64,000 nt of DNA from Octopus vulgaris. Lineage: Eukaryota. The notes under the pieces are model-generated. The model had not been told where the DNA came from, ran no database searches, and worked only from the letters and a program-made list of their open reading frames with translations. Positions within the stretch are counted from its first letter, which is position 1; every line of letters begins with the position of its first letter. Made by a program: the position numbers and the translations under genes. The DNA lies in contig OX597831.1 of NCBI GenBank assembly GCA_951406725.2, positions 59,148,001 to 59,212,000 of the forward strand. Direction: 5' to 3'. Shown here piece by piece: positions 1 through 14,044 of this stretch.

Positions 1-25
1 GTTATATTTACTACGACATATTTAA

Positions 26-255
26 GGCGGCGAGCTGGCAGAAACGTTAGCACGTCGGGCGAAATGCTTAGCGGTATTTCGTCTGCCGTTACGTTGTGAG
101 TTCAAATTCCGCCGAGGTCGACTTTACCTTTCATCCTTTCGGGGTCGATAAATTAAGTACCAGTTACGCACTGGGGTCGATGTAATCGACTTAATACCTA
201 TGTCTGTCCTTGTTTGTCCCTTCTATGTTTAGCCCCTTGTGAGTAATAAAGAAAT
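26..255 (+). mobile_element. SINE family A (tRNA-like head), full copy
   Basis: A-box-like GAGCTGGCAGAAACG and B-box-like GAGTTCAAATTCC; core GTCGACTTT.CCTTTCATCCTTTCGGGGTCGATAAATTAAGTACC; near-identical to 7423 and 44341; probable TSD tatatttacta(c/g)gacat at 3-19 and 259-275. Confidence 0.9.
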
Positions 256-737
256 GGGTATATTTACTAGGACATCAATAATATTGTTAATTCATTTGTT
301 GAGGATGACTAATATGTAATATTTATTCGAAAAAGCCAGACTTTAATCCCACTCTTCTACGTTATATAATCAAAACCGCAACGCAATATCGTAAATACTA
401 GAAATATATACCTGAAATATAATCGATGTCTAAATTGCATTTTCATAGCATTTATTGCTATAAATTAATTGAAAATGGAAGACATGATCGACAGTAAAAA
501 AAATAAGGGATTCAACAATTTGCATTCTCAAATATTGGCAAATTTACGTATAATAGTTAAAAAAATATTTTACTGTTTAGCTAATACCGTATTCGAACCA
601 TAAGAAACGTCATACCAGCTACAAATCGATCAAACCTGAAATTTCTTAAGCATCATTATATTTGATTAGTATAGTTCAAATACATTTTATACAAACTCTC
701 TCACACACACACACACACACATACACACACACAGATA

Positions 738-1284
<547 letters not shown>

Positions 1285-4200
1285 TATATATATGTATGTA
1301 TATATATACACACGCACTCACACATATATTATATGCGCTGTCTCTGTGCGATTATTGAAATACATATTTATGTACACTATGCAGAATAAACAAGTCATTA
1401 GAAGCGTAATTTCATTTTCACCTCAAATAGTTAATGCTACTAAATTATAGTACCCAAACATTAAACAATTAATGAATAATTTAGCTTCTAGAGAAAAAGA
1501 AACAAAGCTCCAAATAAAATATAAATGAAGCTACGATTAACATTTTTTCCCGTTTCTCTGATGCTTCTTTATACTGCAGACAGTCAACATACATTAGATA
1601 CATTAAATGTATAGACAATAGAGGAAATATACACATGAGCTGAATGAATATAGTGATAATTACCATCGAGAATGGATAACTCAAATAAAAGAGAAGGCAG
1701 ACCTATTTAATGACACGATATTCCGACGTGAATGGCCCATTGACTGAAAATGAAAGAGGAGAGAATAAACAATTTACATGCGAAATCCAAACATCAGATG
1801 GATGTGAAAATAAAGAAAAGTGCTACAATTACGAGGAAAGAAAAACAATTGATAACTTCAAATGAGGAGAAAATGGATATATTGGATGATAGCAAATAAA
1901 AACGATCAGCACAAAGCATCTAATCAATAAAGGGAAATAGGCATATTATATATCCGTATCTGGAAAATTATATTAGGCATTGCTAAAACAGTTTAAATAT
2001 CCACATTAGACAGCAGAGTATGACGGCACAGTGGACAGGTTACGTTACAACAACAGAGAGATAAGTGAACGTATTTGATGCTATTTAATAGCGAAACATT
2101 GAAAATTTTCAATGCGTGTGAACGCTGAATAGAACATACAAAGTCATGAATTATATACGAATGAATTGACATACTATGAAGAATAACATTCTGATTGCAC
2201 AGAGTGACGAATCGCTTGGATACAGCAACTGTAATCTTCATGTATAAGTTAGCAAGACCTGGTACTTTCCCCTGTCGATTTATTTCATATGATATCTGTC
2301 TACTAGTTAGTGTAACCTAGCTGCCGTTTGCAGGAAAGTATAATATAACAAGAGCTAACATCACCAAAATTATTGTATGGCTGTCAATTTCGCCAACGTT
2401 TTGTTCTATTATCCACTATAAACAGGGATCTATTCCATTTTTAAGGTGGTCACACGGATACGTTATATCCAGGATCTGTTTAAGTAGTTATGAAACCTTG
2501 TATTAGTAGAAACAATATTACTGTCATATTATTTCCCGAAGTCTTCCATATGTTTGCCGTTTATTAATATCAGTTAAGACCGAATATTTAAGCCTTTTCT
2601 GAGCACAAAATCCCCCTGCTAGTGAAAAGAAGTATATGTCAGGATGTCGATGACTGTGATGCGTTCTTCCTAATAGACTTATATATTATCTACTTCTGAA
2701 ATTCCACTGAGGACAGTAACTGCTATTTCCCAAAAGCTTAAATATCATGGAACGTTCAACATATCACTCAATACTGATACAGACAGGACTTTTTTCAGAA
2801 AATATGATAGAAATCCCTATTCTTCATATTTTTCTTGCATTCGTCAATCATCGTGTATGTCAATGTTATGTATACGGAGTCTGTTCACAAGATTTTCCTC
2901 ACCGTCCATTTGTGTGTTTGAAATCAATGAAGATTTGTAGAGAACTGCCATTTTTTTGCGATGGCGGGCACGTATAAAATTCTTGTTATATTGCACGCAG
3001 AGATGAAAATTTAAGAAGGGACTAAATTTAAAAAAAACTGATATCTAGGACGACATATGATAGAAGAGGAACAACTATGTGCTGTGATATGAGCAACAAG
3101 CCAATTCATTGGAACCGCTGGCGAAGAGGGTGACGCATTTGTCTTTAATTGAAGAACTGTTACGTAATATTCGTCTTGAATTACTCTTTAATTAGTATAA
3201 TTATTATTGCTTCTGCTTTTAATTGAAACGTGGCATTTTCCCCATTAATTTTGATTTTGATATAATCATGATTTTTGTGTCATGATTCTTTTATAGTCAC
3301 TTTGTAATCTGTTCACCGTAATTTTAATATATGTTTTGATGCTCTGTCGCAACAGGTCAGCCCGGATCGAATTATTTTATGTTATATTAAATAACGGTGT
3401 GCGATATATATATTCATGTTCGAAGACATACCATGTCTCTGCAAACCGGTGAATCCACTGCACGCTTCATTATGCATTGATGAATCATATAATATATTGT
3501 GTGACAGTCTAGGCAAACTGAAACTAACTACACCCTCTCGCTCTCCTATATGCGTTGAAATTCCGTTGATATATAAGTCTATATTTAACATTTAAACTCT
3601 AATTAGAACAAGATACTCTTTGATTACTCAGAAAATATATATCCATGCGTAGTTTGCTTCGTAGTACATAGTACAACATTCTATATTATGGCTATTATTG
3701 TATGCCTTTCAACTGGTGTCGTCATATTTTTTTACGCATATTATGTCAAATCAGTTAGTCAAACGAAACAAGTTATCGTCAACTAATTTTTAAAATGTCC
3801 TACAAAATCTACCACAAAGCAATCGAAATATTCTCCAATATTGTTTTACGTGAACTCATAAATGATCTATCTACCTGTAAAACTCATAGGGTCGCTATTA
3901 TATCTGGTGTTTGCCAACTGTCTTATTAGCCACGATCGTATTTCCAATTAGGTCGCCTGCAATTCTGAAACAAATTCTAAAGGACCAGTTATACAGCCTA
4001 TGATTATAGAAACTATATAGTTGTAAGTTACACCTGTATGTGAATCTGAACGCGGATCAGCTGAACGACAGTTAGAAGAACATGGGCAATGCAAAAGTAG
4101 AGCTGTAGAAATCAATATGATAAATAATAAAGCATTAATGTTGAATACAATTTCGTGAAATTTTATATTTTTCGTATAATTTAATAGCCGTTTATAAATT

Positions 4201-5180
4201 ATACTTTATTACCATAATATACATGAAATGATACTATTATAAGTTTAGCTTCACGCATTCAGCGATATCTTTTCATATTCAAACATTTAGAGTTACAAAT
4301 TATTTCTTTTAGATCATAACTAATAATTTATGCATTAAGACTATATCTAATGTTTTATGCACCCTGTTATGTACTACCCATTCAAATATATAGCAAAGCA
4401 GCATTTATAACGTGATTGGACTGGTGATGACACAAAATACATTTATATTTTGTTGCTTATTGCCATATTGATGCGCTTATAATTTTTTTTCAGGATTTCT
4501 GTTCGAATATTCAGAGATGATGCAGATCTTACAGATCTTAAATGCTAGAGAAAGAATTTAGATTGGTACATATATTTTATCTATGTGTACAAAGATACAT
4601 ACATACACAGACACACAAACACACACACACACACACAAACATACACACATACACACACACATATACATATATACATATATATATATATATTTGCGTATGG
4701 ACACTGAAATACACGCCCAAATGCATCAGCAGGTGACGCCCGTTCTTACGTATGTGCAAGTGTAGCTGTCCATGCATGTATTAGCTAGTACATAAGTATG
4801 TACGGTTTTAAACGTTTTCACATAATTGACATGATGGCTATTATTCATGGTGATAAGAATTATATTGGGAAATATGGTAATATATTCCAATGTAGTAGTA
4901 GTAGTGGCGATGTCGTTGTTGGTGTTACGTTGTCGTCGTCGTCGTCGTAGTAGTAGTAGTAGTAGCCGTAAAATCAGTAGATGAATCATGTATTATATTT
5001 TCAATATGAAACATTTACTTTCTCTTATAACATTTCAATATCCTATAAAAATTAACCAATGGCAATAGAACAAATTTATCACATTTTGTTCTAATACATT
5101 TGGAAAGAAATGACTAATATATAAAATATACGCTATCATACAAACATAATATCTACATACATGCATGCACACACGGATGT

Positions 5181-5234
<54 letters not shown>

Positions 5235-6030
5235 TTATATATATATTTATATATGTGTATGCATATATATATATGTATGTATGTGTGTGTGTGAATATAT
5301 ATATATAAATATTCATTTGTGTGTGTGTATGTAAGTTTCTGTAGATCTATCTATCTAGTTATCTCTCTGTATATAGACATTTAAGAGTATATGTGTATAT
5401 ACATACTTACTCACATACATACACACACAAACACATGTAAATGTATATATATATATATAAATTTCACATTCGTGTGTATGCTTATGTGATGATCTACTCA
5501 TGTGAGTATGTGACTACGGTTGTGCGTATTGTCTGTATCTACATGTGAAATTGCTCTTAAGCCGTATCATTCCAAGGCATGTCTTTTCAATTTGTATATC
5601 TACAAAATCATATTTGTTATATTTATACATTTATATCGCTTTGTGGTGATTGAAGACCATAACGTGTTTTTTGGTGTTTATCTGCATTTACTGTTTTTTT
5701 TTATATTATGTGTACACGTATTGGCTAATTTCCATGGCGTTCATGTGAAATCAGTTTAAATAACGTATACATAAATGTAACAATGAACTCTCATATTGTT
5801 CATAATGTGTAAATTTGTCCATGATTGGGTTTCAATAACCAGAAAAGAAATGAGTTTTATCGATTCAAATCCAGTTTCAATTGGATATAATAGAATTCAT
5901 CGCCGCATAAATACTGTGTTCTTTGTTATGACACAAGAACAATCATATAAGGTTTCTGTAAACATGAAACGCTGAAAATGAGAAGAATATTGTTTATGTT
6001 TTAATATTTTATATTTATACTTGATAATTA

Positions 6031-6197
6031 GGCGAAGAAGTGGCTGTGTGATAAGTAGCTTGTTTACCAACCACATGATTCCGGATTCAGTCCCACTACA
6101 TAGCAGCTTGGGCAAGTTTCTTCTACTTTAGCATCGGGCCGACCAAAGCCTTGTGAGTTGATTTGGTAGACGGAAACTGAAAGAAGCCCGTCGTATT

Positions 6198-6237
<40 letters not shown>

Positions 6238-6422
6238 CGTGTTTGTGTGTCCCCCAAACATCGCTTGACAACCGATGCTAGTGTTTTTTACGTTCCAGTA
6301 ACATAGTGGTTTGGCAAATGAGACCGATAGAATAAGTACTAGGCTCACAAAAAATAAGTCATGGGGTCGATTTCCTCGTCTAAAGGCGGTGCTTCAGCAT
6401 GGCCACAGTTAAATGACTGACA
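6031..6422 (+). mobile_element. SINE family B copy
   Basis: Colinear with 786-1284 including the internal microsatellite. Confidence 0.9.
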
Positions 6423-6509
6423 CATATAATAGAGGAATTGTAGTAATAATGAAGAAGCCTTTTCCAAAGTTGCATCTAATGTTTCATTGAGTCTGTTTAT
6501 TTAAGTTGA

Positions 6510-6713
6510 GTTCGAATTTTGTCATAAGGACAGCAATTTCAGGGAGGGTGTAAGCCCATGACATTTACTCCAATGTTCAACCGGAACTGATTTTAGCGTC
6601 CGCGAAAGAATAAAAGCAAAGCCGATCTCGGCGGAATTTGATCTCAGAACGTAACGACACATTTCTGAAATGCATTTTCCTCGGCATGCTAATGATTCTG
6701 TCAGCACGACACC
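6510..6713 (-). mobile_element. SINE family A, degenerate copy (alternative tail)
   Basis: Reverse complement of the A head/core: AAAGCAAAGCCGATCTCGGCGGAATTTGATCTCAGAACGT. Confidence 0.75.
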
Positions 6714-6731
6714 TTAGTCTATCAATTTATA

Positions 6732-6937
6732 TTGGTTTCAAATTTTGGTTGAAGGCCAGAAATTTTGTGAGAGAGGTTAAGTCAACTCCAGTACTCAACT
6801 GATACTTGGTTTATCGACACCGATAAGATAAAAGGCAAAGTTAGCGTCAGCGGAAAATAAAATTCAGAACGTGAAGACCGACGAAACACCGCTATACGTT
6901 TTACCCGGCGTGCTACGGATTCAGCTTGCTCACCGGC
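6732..6937 (-). mobile_element. SINE family A, degenerate copy (alternative tail)
   Basis: TTTATCGACACCGA...AAAGGCAAAGT...CAGAACGT...CCCGGCGTGCTA. Confidence 0.75.
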
Positions 6938-7149
6938 AAAGTCAATTTGCATATATTATAATCAATGTAAAGTTTAGATTCTGTATACTTTTTATGCACG
7001 AATCTCTAATAATATTTCTAAAAACCAGGCTAGAAATATAACCCCATAAATTGCATCGAATCCATAATCGCAAATTATTATTAATGACCGAAAGATATTT
7101 TATTTCTAAACTTAACCGATACTGGAGTATATATGTCCACGTAACATAG

Positions 7150-7327
7150 CTGTTCGGTAAAAAAAGGCGATAGAATAAGTACGAGGCTTACTAAGAATAT
7201 GTCCCAGTGTCGATTGCTCCGACTATAACTCTTTAAAGCGGTGATCTAGTGTGACCGTAGTCAAATGACTGAAACAAGTAAAAGAATAACAAATAAAAGA
7301 ATCAAAAGAATAAAAGAATAAAAGAAT
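7150..7327 (+). mobile_element. SINE family B 3' half with (TAAAAGAA)n tail
   Basis: GATAGAATAAGTAC...GTCAAATGACTGAAACAAGTAAAAGAATA followed by tandem TAAAAGAA. Confidence 0.8.
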
Positions 7328-7422
7328 ATATCTCATTCGACCACTAGTTGGTATTGCTTTTGCAGGCAACAATTTGAAGTTGTTGTTGATATCATTCGGA
7401 ATTTATATATTGCATCACACTA

Positions 7423-7652
7423 GGGCGTCGAACTGGCAGAATCGTTAGCACGCCGGGCGAAATGCGTAGCCGTATTTCGTTTGCCGTTACGTTCTGAGTT
7501 CAAATTCCGCCGAGGTCGACTTTGCTTTTCATCCTTTCGGGGTCGATAAATTAAGTATAAGTTACGCACTAGGGTCGATGTAATCGACTTAATCCGTTTG
7601 TCTGTCTTTGTTTATCTCCTCTGTGTTTGGCTCCTTGTGGGTAGTAAAGAAA
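7423..7652 (+). mobile_element. SINE family A, full copy with 17-bp TSD
   Basis: Matches 26-255; perfect TSD tatatattgcatcacac at 7404-7420 and 7653-7669. Confidence 0.93.
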
Positions 7653-8269
7653 TATATATTGCATCACACATACTTCATTTAGCAAAATATTCGAATTCTA
7701 CATATTTCCAGATATATACAATAACGTAACTACAAGAAAGAATTTTATGCAGTCGATTCATCTGCTCGTAATAGGAGACAAATCTCTCCTATAACTACTC
7801 AATTCCCTTCAAGGGGAAATGATTCTTGCATGAGCTATACATATATAATGAAAGTGGGAAAAAATAATCTGTTTTGTTTCTGTACATAGAATGTCATTGA
7901 TCACATATATATTCTGTTATTGATGATAGAAGAAAAACAATATGTACATCAACAACATTTTGCATCTTGTAAATTATCACAAGATTTACTGGCAGTAGCA
8001 GCTTATTCTTGTTGAAATATCTTCCCTGCATACGTCAAACATTTGTAATGTGCATAGAAGATAAATGCAAGGCAATTTTATCCAAGAAAAATAAGTCAGA
8101 AAACAATATGAGTTTTTAGGTATGATGCTTAAATTACGCGAAAGAAATGGATACCAAACAACAATAAAAGATACAGATAAATACAGGATCTGAGAGAAAA
8201 TAGAATGGGCTAGACAAAAATAACATTCGGTATTTTAATAGTGTTTGTTACAAGCCTCCCCTATATATA

Positions 8270-8482
8270 CATTTCAAATCTAGGCACAAGGTCCAATATT
8301 TTTGGGAGAGGGTCCCAGTCGATTATATTGACCCCAGTACACTGCTGGTACTTAATTCATCGTTCCCGAAATGATGAAAGGCAAAGTCGACCTCGAGGAA
8401 CTTTGAACTCAGAACGTAAAGACAGACAAAATACAGCTATGCATTTCGCCCGGCGTGATAATGTATCTGCAAGCTCACCGCC
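8270..8482 (-). mobile_element. SINE family A copy (alternative tail)
   Basis: GATGAAAGGCAAAGTCGACCTCG..GAACTTTGAACTCAGAACGT...CCCGGCGTG. Confidence 0.85.
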
Positions 8483-9249
8483 ATGCTTCCCAGATATATA
8501 GATAGAAAACTGAAAGCAACATCTCTAAGACATATCACGAGTCAATGTACCATTGACATCAGGAACTAGTAACTGCTATTTACTTCTTGTCAATATTAAC
8601 AGATATGATAGCAACTTGCTACAACAATATGAAAACTACGAAACTTTATTGGCAAACATAGTTAATGGTCATCTAGAAAGCTTCCGAATTCTTCCTCAAC
8701 CAGCATAAAATCTCGCCTAAATCCTTGTAAATCATTCCCCGCATCTCAAATATGGATGGTGAATTATAAATGTGATAGTCGTTCACAGAATATTCACGGC
8801 TGCAAAGCCTTTAATAATAAACTATCTTGTCTGCTACTAAAGAACAAGAGGTATAATAAGCAAAAAGAAAAACGACAACATATAACAAAGAAACAAAACA
8901 GCTGTGTACTAGATACTCAGGTGTACACATGCTAAATTTCTCGCATTATTACTTTCACACGGCTTACTGTGGCAATTGAATTTCCTCCGCACGCTCTGCA
9001 TTAATATTATCATAATGTATATATACGTCATTTCTCAGATGTTCACTGTCTCCATCGCCAACTGCTTTCATGTTGATTGAAGTTCTTTCTAAATATTTGC
9101 AAATTTCGTATTCATCAGGAAAATGTTGTCAGTGAAAAACTGAGATTTCACAAATGTGCTAGTCAGTTGCTAATAACTTCACAAACATACTTTACGCATC
9201 TAAACAGTGCTTGTGAATATGTATGCCCAAATGAGTACCAGTGTGCAGC

Positions 9250-9376
9250 TTGTAGTCATTTCACCGAATTCGAAAAGACGAGAGGCAAAATCGAGAGTGG
9301 TGGAATTTAAACTCATAATATAAGGGCGGAGTAAATGCCGCGAAACATTTAGTCTGGCGTGTTAACAGTTCTGCCG
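9250..9376 (-). mobile_element. SINE family A partial, degenerate
   Basis: GAGGCAAAATCGAG..GTGGAATTTAAACTCA...CTGGCGTGTTAACAGTTCTGCC. Confidence 0.6.
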
Positions 9377-9720
9377 AAGACGAAAAGGAAGAAAAAGACG
9401 ATGATGTGGAGAATGAAGAAAAACAAGAAGGAAAGAAGAAGAAATAGAAGAAAGATGATGATGATGGTGATGATGATGTAGATGACGATGAAAAGCAGAG
9501 GAAGGAGGAGGAGGAGGAGGAGATAAGAAGAAGAAGGAGGTAAGTAGGAGAAGGAGAAAAATAATGAGTGGAAGGGGAGGAAGAAGAATAAGAAGAAGAG
9601 GAGGAAGAAAGATGGGGATGATGGTGATGATGATGATAAAAAGAAGAAGACGGCGAATGAGGAGAAGAAGAAAATAAGGTGATGAAGAAGGAGGAGGACA
9701 AGCTACATAAATAAAAACAA
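9377..9720. repeat. Purine-rich low-complexity tract (GAA/GAG/GAT triplets)
   Basis: Mixed GAA, GAG, GAT runs; source of the Ser/Phe-rich spurious ORF 9261-9734. Confidence 0.85.
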
Positions 9721-10388
9721 GAAACTAATAACAAGTGAAGATAGGATTAGGAAAACACAAAAATTAATGAACTGATGTTACGTTTAGTTATTAACATCAC
9801 ATCACTCACAAATGAAAGAACAGTCAGGGGACAAATTTTAGGCACATAGGATTAATAACTATAGCAGGCTTAATAAGATAATATGCATCATTAATTAATG
9901 CTACTTTACTAGAAAGAAGCTATATGTGCTATATTCTCACTAATTGCAAAGTAAAATAACACGCTAAATGACCAATGGTAGACAAGAAAATGAAGTAAAG
10001 TACTGACTATTTAAAATATGAACACGAGATTCGATAAAGGAATCAATCTATATTTGCCAGCATACTCTTAGAAAATATTATCTCATAACAAACATATCTT
10101 ATGATCGGCAATGGCAAATAAGGACAGCCGTATGTAGGCAACAACAAAAACTCGTTCATTTCCTAGTAAAGCGAGAAAATATTCCAAGTTCTTAAGAAGG
10201 ACAAAGTAAAAAAATTGTTAAAAACTTCAATCCTCAGCAAAACAGGGGCCTGAAGAATTCCACGGCAAAGTAAAAGCAAGAAATACCTCTACATGGCCAA
10301 TAACGTATAAACCACAGTGCTAGGAAAGTGATTAAGGGAAAAGTATTTTGACAAAAGTGAGATGGTATAAACCAAGGTCAAAATAATA

Positions 10389-10488
10389 ATACTCTTTTCT
10401 ACTCTAGGCACAAGGCCCGAAATTTGGGGGAGGAGACAGTTGGTTTCATCCACCCCAGTATGCAAATGGTACTTAATTTATCGACTCT
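10389..10488 (-). mobile_element. SINE family A 3' portion (alternative tail)
   Basis: CTCTTTTCTACTCTAGGCACAAGGCCCGAAATTTGGGGGAG...GGTACTTAATTTATCGAC. Confidence 0.75.
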
Positions 10489-10892
10489 AACATATGTAAG
10501 ACATAGCTAGTACAGTGTTAATTTTGCCAAAGACATGTCTTTTAACAGAATGCTATATCTAGCATAAAATATCTGCAAACCACACGGGAAAAATTTTCGA
10601 ATGTTATGACCTACAAATAGGGAACAAAGGAACTAGGTGATTGTAAAGAGAGGGGCAATCCCATCATAATATATCCGTTGGAGATGATGGGGATTCGATG
10701 GAGAAATATATAACAAATAACTAAACGTCAAGAGCAAACAGAAGACGTACTGACAGATACTGAACAGATTTTGTAGCATGTCATCAATAAATTGACAAAC
10801 GAAGCATTGAATATAACCATAGCATCGTGGATTTAAGCGTAAAAGCACAAAATGGAAATAAGCGTTTTGAAAAATGAAACATTTTGTACATA

Positions 10893-11112
10893 ATGTTTTC
10901 TACTATAGAAGAAAGGCTTCAACTATTGAGGGAGATGGGTTCTAGTCGATTACATCGATCCCTAAACCACAATTGGGTCTTTATATTATCAACACCAAGA
11001 GCATGTACGGGGAAGGCGATCTCTACATAATTTGAACTCAGAACGTAAAGACCGCTGTAATGCTGCTCAGCTTTGATTCAGGCGTGTGAACGATTCTGCA
11101 ACCTCGACGCCT
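10893..11112 (-). mobile_element. SINE family A, degenerate copy
   Basis: GTCGATTACATCGATCCC...ATTTGAACTCAGAACGTAAAGAC...ACGATTCTGC..CTCG.CGCCTT. Confidence 0.75.
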
Positions 11113-11305
11113 TCTGATAATTTTGCGATTTACATCAATTATTATATCAGTTATCTCTTACAAACTTTGTTATTTTGCACCATGATATTCTCCATACACT
11201 TCATACACAAGACTATTATAGGTTCAGATACAATGTACTACTCGATATAAAATATTACTTCTATTTATTTTGACACATTATTCAGACAGTAGGGATTTGC
11301 ATGTG

Positions 11306-11345
<40 letters not shown>

Positions 11346-11566
11346 TGTGGAGACACATTTTTGTAGTAAAATTAATTGGTAGTCCTTTGGCTGCTATTTC
11401 TAAAATTTTCGGTATGTGGTTAAGCAACTTGTTGCAAAAAACCCTTATTGTTATAATTATATAAGTTTTTACCAAATATGATCCTTTTCCGTACCGAAAT
11501 ACTACTAGGTGAAATTTGTTGATTTTATTAAATTAATCATATTTCACCCTATATCTGTAATTATTA

Positions 11567-11620
<54 letters not shown>

Positions 11621-11702
11621 GGTCCCGGGTTGAGTCGGGGTTAACCACAGTAAAAAATGTACTGAATACATAGCAGAGTAAATTAATTTATTTTATAGAA
11701 GG

Positions 11703-11753
11703 AGCTTCTACAGGACTAGAACTGTTTCATTCAAAAGAAATCATCAGGAAGCT
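11703..11753 (-). ncRNA. Minimal type-I hammerhead ribozyme (PLE type)
   Basis: Minus strand reads agcttc-CTGATGA-tttcttttgaat-GAAA-cag-ttctagtc-ctg-TA-gaagct: 6-bp stem I, intact core boxes, short stem II (ttc/gaa), stem III ACAG/CTGT, GUA cleavage triplet. Confidence 0.8.
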
Positions 11754-12681
11754 AGTAGACAAGAGTTGTTTTGGCATTTATACATTTGGGCAGGTTTAAA
11801 TGGGTGGTGGTGTGGGACTTTTTTGGGGGTAGGCATGGCGCAAAACTGTCATTATTAGGAGAGTGGTCAAAGGAATCGGTGGTAAAGTAGATAAAAGAAT
11901 AAATAAAAGAATAAAAAAATAAAAATATAAAAAAATATAAATAGAAAAATAGAGTTTTAGGTAAGTGGGGAGACTTTCACTTGTACATCTACATATATAT
12001 ATATATATACACATATACACACCCGCATATTCACATATATCTATACATATACATACATACCCACATATACATATATATATACATACATACGTACACATAC
12101 ATGTACATATATATATACATATATCTACATATATCTACACATACCCATGTACGTACACACCGATACACGTATACATACATATACATACATATATGTATAC
12201 CCACTCGCACATACATATACAAATGCATATACATGCACGCACATACACACACATTTTTATTCTCTTATTTTAATTTTATTAACTACTTTTGTTTATATCT
12301 TTATTTTTATCTTGACCGGTCAGCCTGTCCCAAGGGGTCTCTAAAGATTCCGTTTATCTATCTACTTACTGATACGAACGCAAGCACTCACTCACGCCCA
12401 CACACTCACACGTACACACACGCACGAGTTATATTCATACACGCCTACATCTACATACATTCACGTATATTCACATACACGCATACACATACACACCTCA
12501 ACACACCCACAGAAGACTAGTCCATACATATACACTAATTAATAAATATACACATATACATTTACACATACATACACATACATACATATACATACACATA
12601 TACATATATATATATATACATATATATTCATATACATATACATACACATATACATTCATACATATATACACATACACACAT

Positions 12682-12731
<50 letters not shown>

Positions 12732-12840
12732 CGGTAAGCTTTATGAAAATATATATATATATACATATACATATACATACATACATACATGCGTACACAT
12801 ACACACACACACACGCGCGCATCTATATATACACATAAGT

Positions 12841-12971
12841 ACATACATGCATAAATGTATACATATGTCTATACATATGCATACACATCCACACACACGC
12901 GCGCCTCCTTATGTTCATAAAAACATACATGCATACAGGCATATACATATATACATACATGCATACTCAAC

Positions 12972-13036
<65 letters not shown>

Positions 13037-13186
13037 TATATATATATACGTGCAGTTACCCATTATACAAACGGATACCTACATATAAACATACCCATAT
13101 ATACCTATTTACACATATGTATATATACATACATACATACATACACACATAACTCTACATACCTACATATACATAAACACACAAGC

Positions 13187-13230
<44 letters not shown>

Positions 13231-13235
13231 CTATA

Positions 13236-13279
<44 letters not shown>

Positions 13280-13825
13280 TACATATATATACATATCCAT
13301 ATACACATACACACATACACATATACACACACATACACACACACACATATATATATATATATACATTTACACACACATTTTTACGCATATATATATATAC
13401 ACACATACACATACACACACACATACACATATATATACATATATATATACATATATATACATATATACATACATATGTGCATATATACACATATATATAT
13501 ATATACATATACACACATACATACACACAAGCACATACATGCATAAATGTATACATATGTTTATACAATTGCATACACATACACACACTCACGCGCCTCC
13601 TTATATACATAAATACATACATGCATACAAACGCATACTCATGTAATAAATAATGAATAATAAATAATAGATATATATACACATGCAGTTACCCTTTGTA
13701 CAGACGGAAACATGCATATAAGCATTCACGTATATACCTATCTACACATATGTATATATACATACATGCATGCACATACACATAACTCTACATACTTACA
13801 TATGCATAAACACACGAGCGTACAC

Positions 13826-13830
<5 letters not shown>
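12841..13830. repeat. Diverged direct duplication of a ~300-350 bp low-complexity unit (period ~690 bp)
   Basis: Shared anchors CATGCATAAATGTATACATATG, CGCGCCTCCTTAT, TGCAGTTACCC, CATAACTCTACATAC, AGCGTACA in the same order at ~12845-13190 and ~13538-13823. Confidence 0.8.
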
Positions 13831-13890
<60 letters not shown>

Positions 13891-13971
13891 CATATATACA
13901 CACACACATATATACACATACATACACATACATACACACACATGAAACAGTTCTAGTCCTGTAGAAGCTCC

Positions 13972-14039
<68 letters not shown>

Positions 14040-14044
14040 GTATA

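Larger units (their letters stand above)
11618..13978. mobile_element. Putative non-autonomous Penelope-like unit bounded by a 37-bp inverted repeat
   Basis: 11694-11730 is the exact reverse complement of 13942-13978; both outer ends abut (TA)n; contains a hammerhead motif; no ORF. Confidence 0.6.

Noticed and set aside
9085-9124. Minus-strand CTGATGA-atac-GAAA hammerhead-like core
   Set aside because: No stem II, and stems I and III cannot both form around a UH site; likely chance
10020-10330. Faint resemblance to an RTE-type LINE 3' coding end
   Set aside because: Too decayed to support by eye
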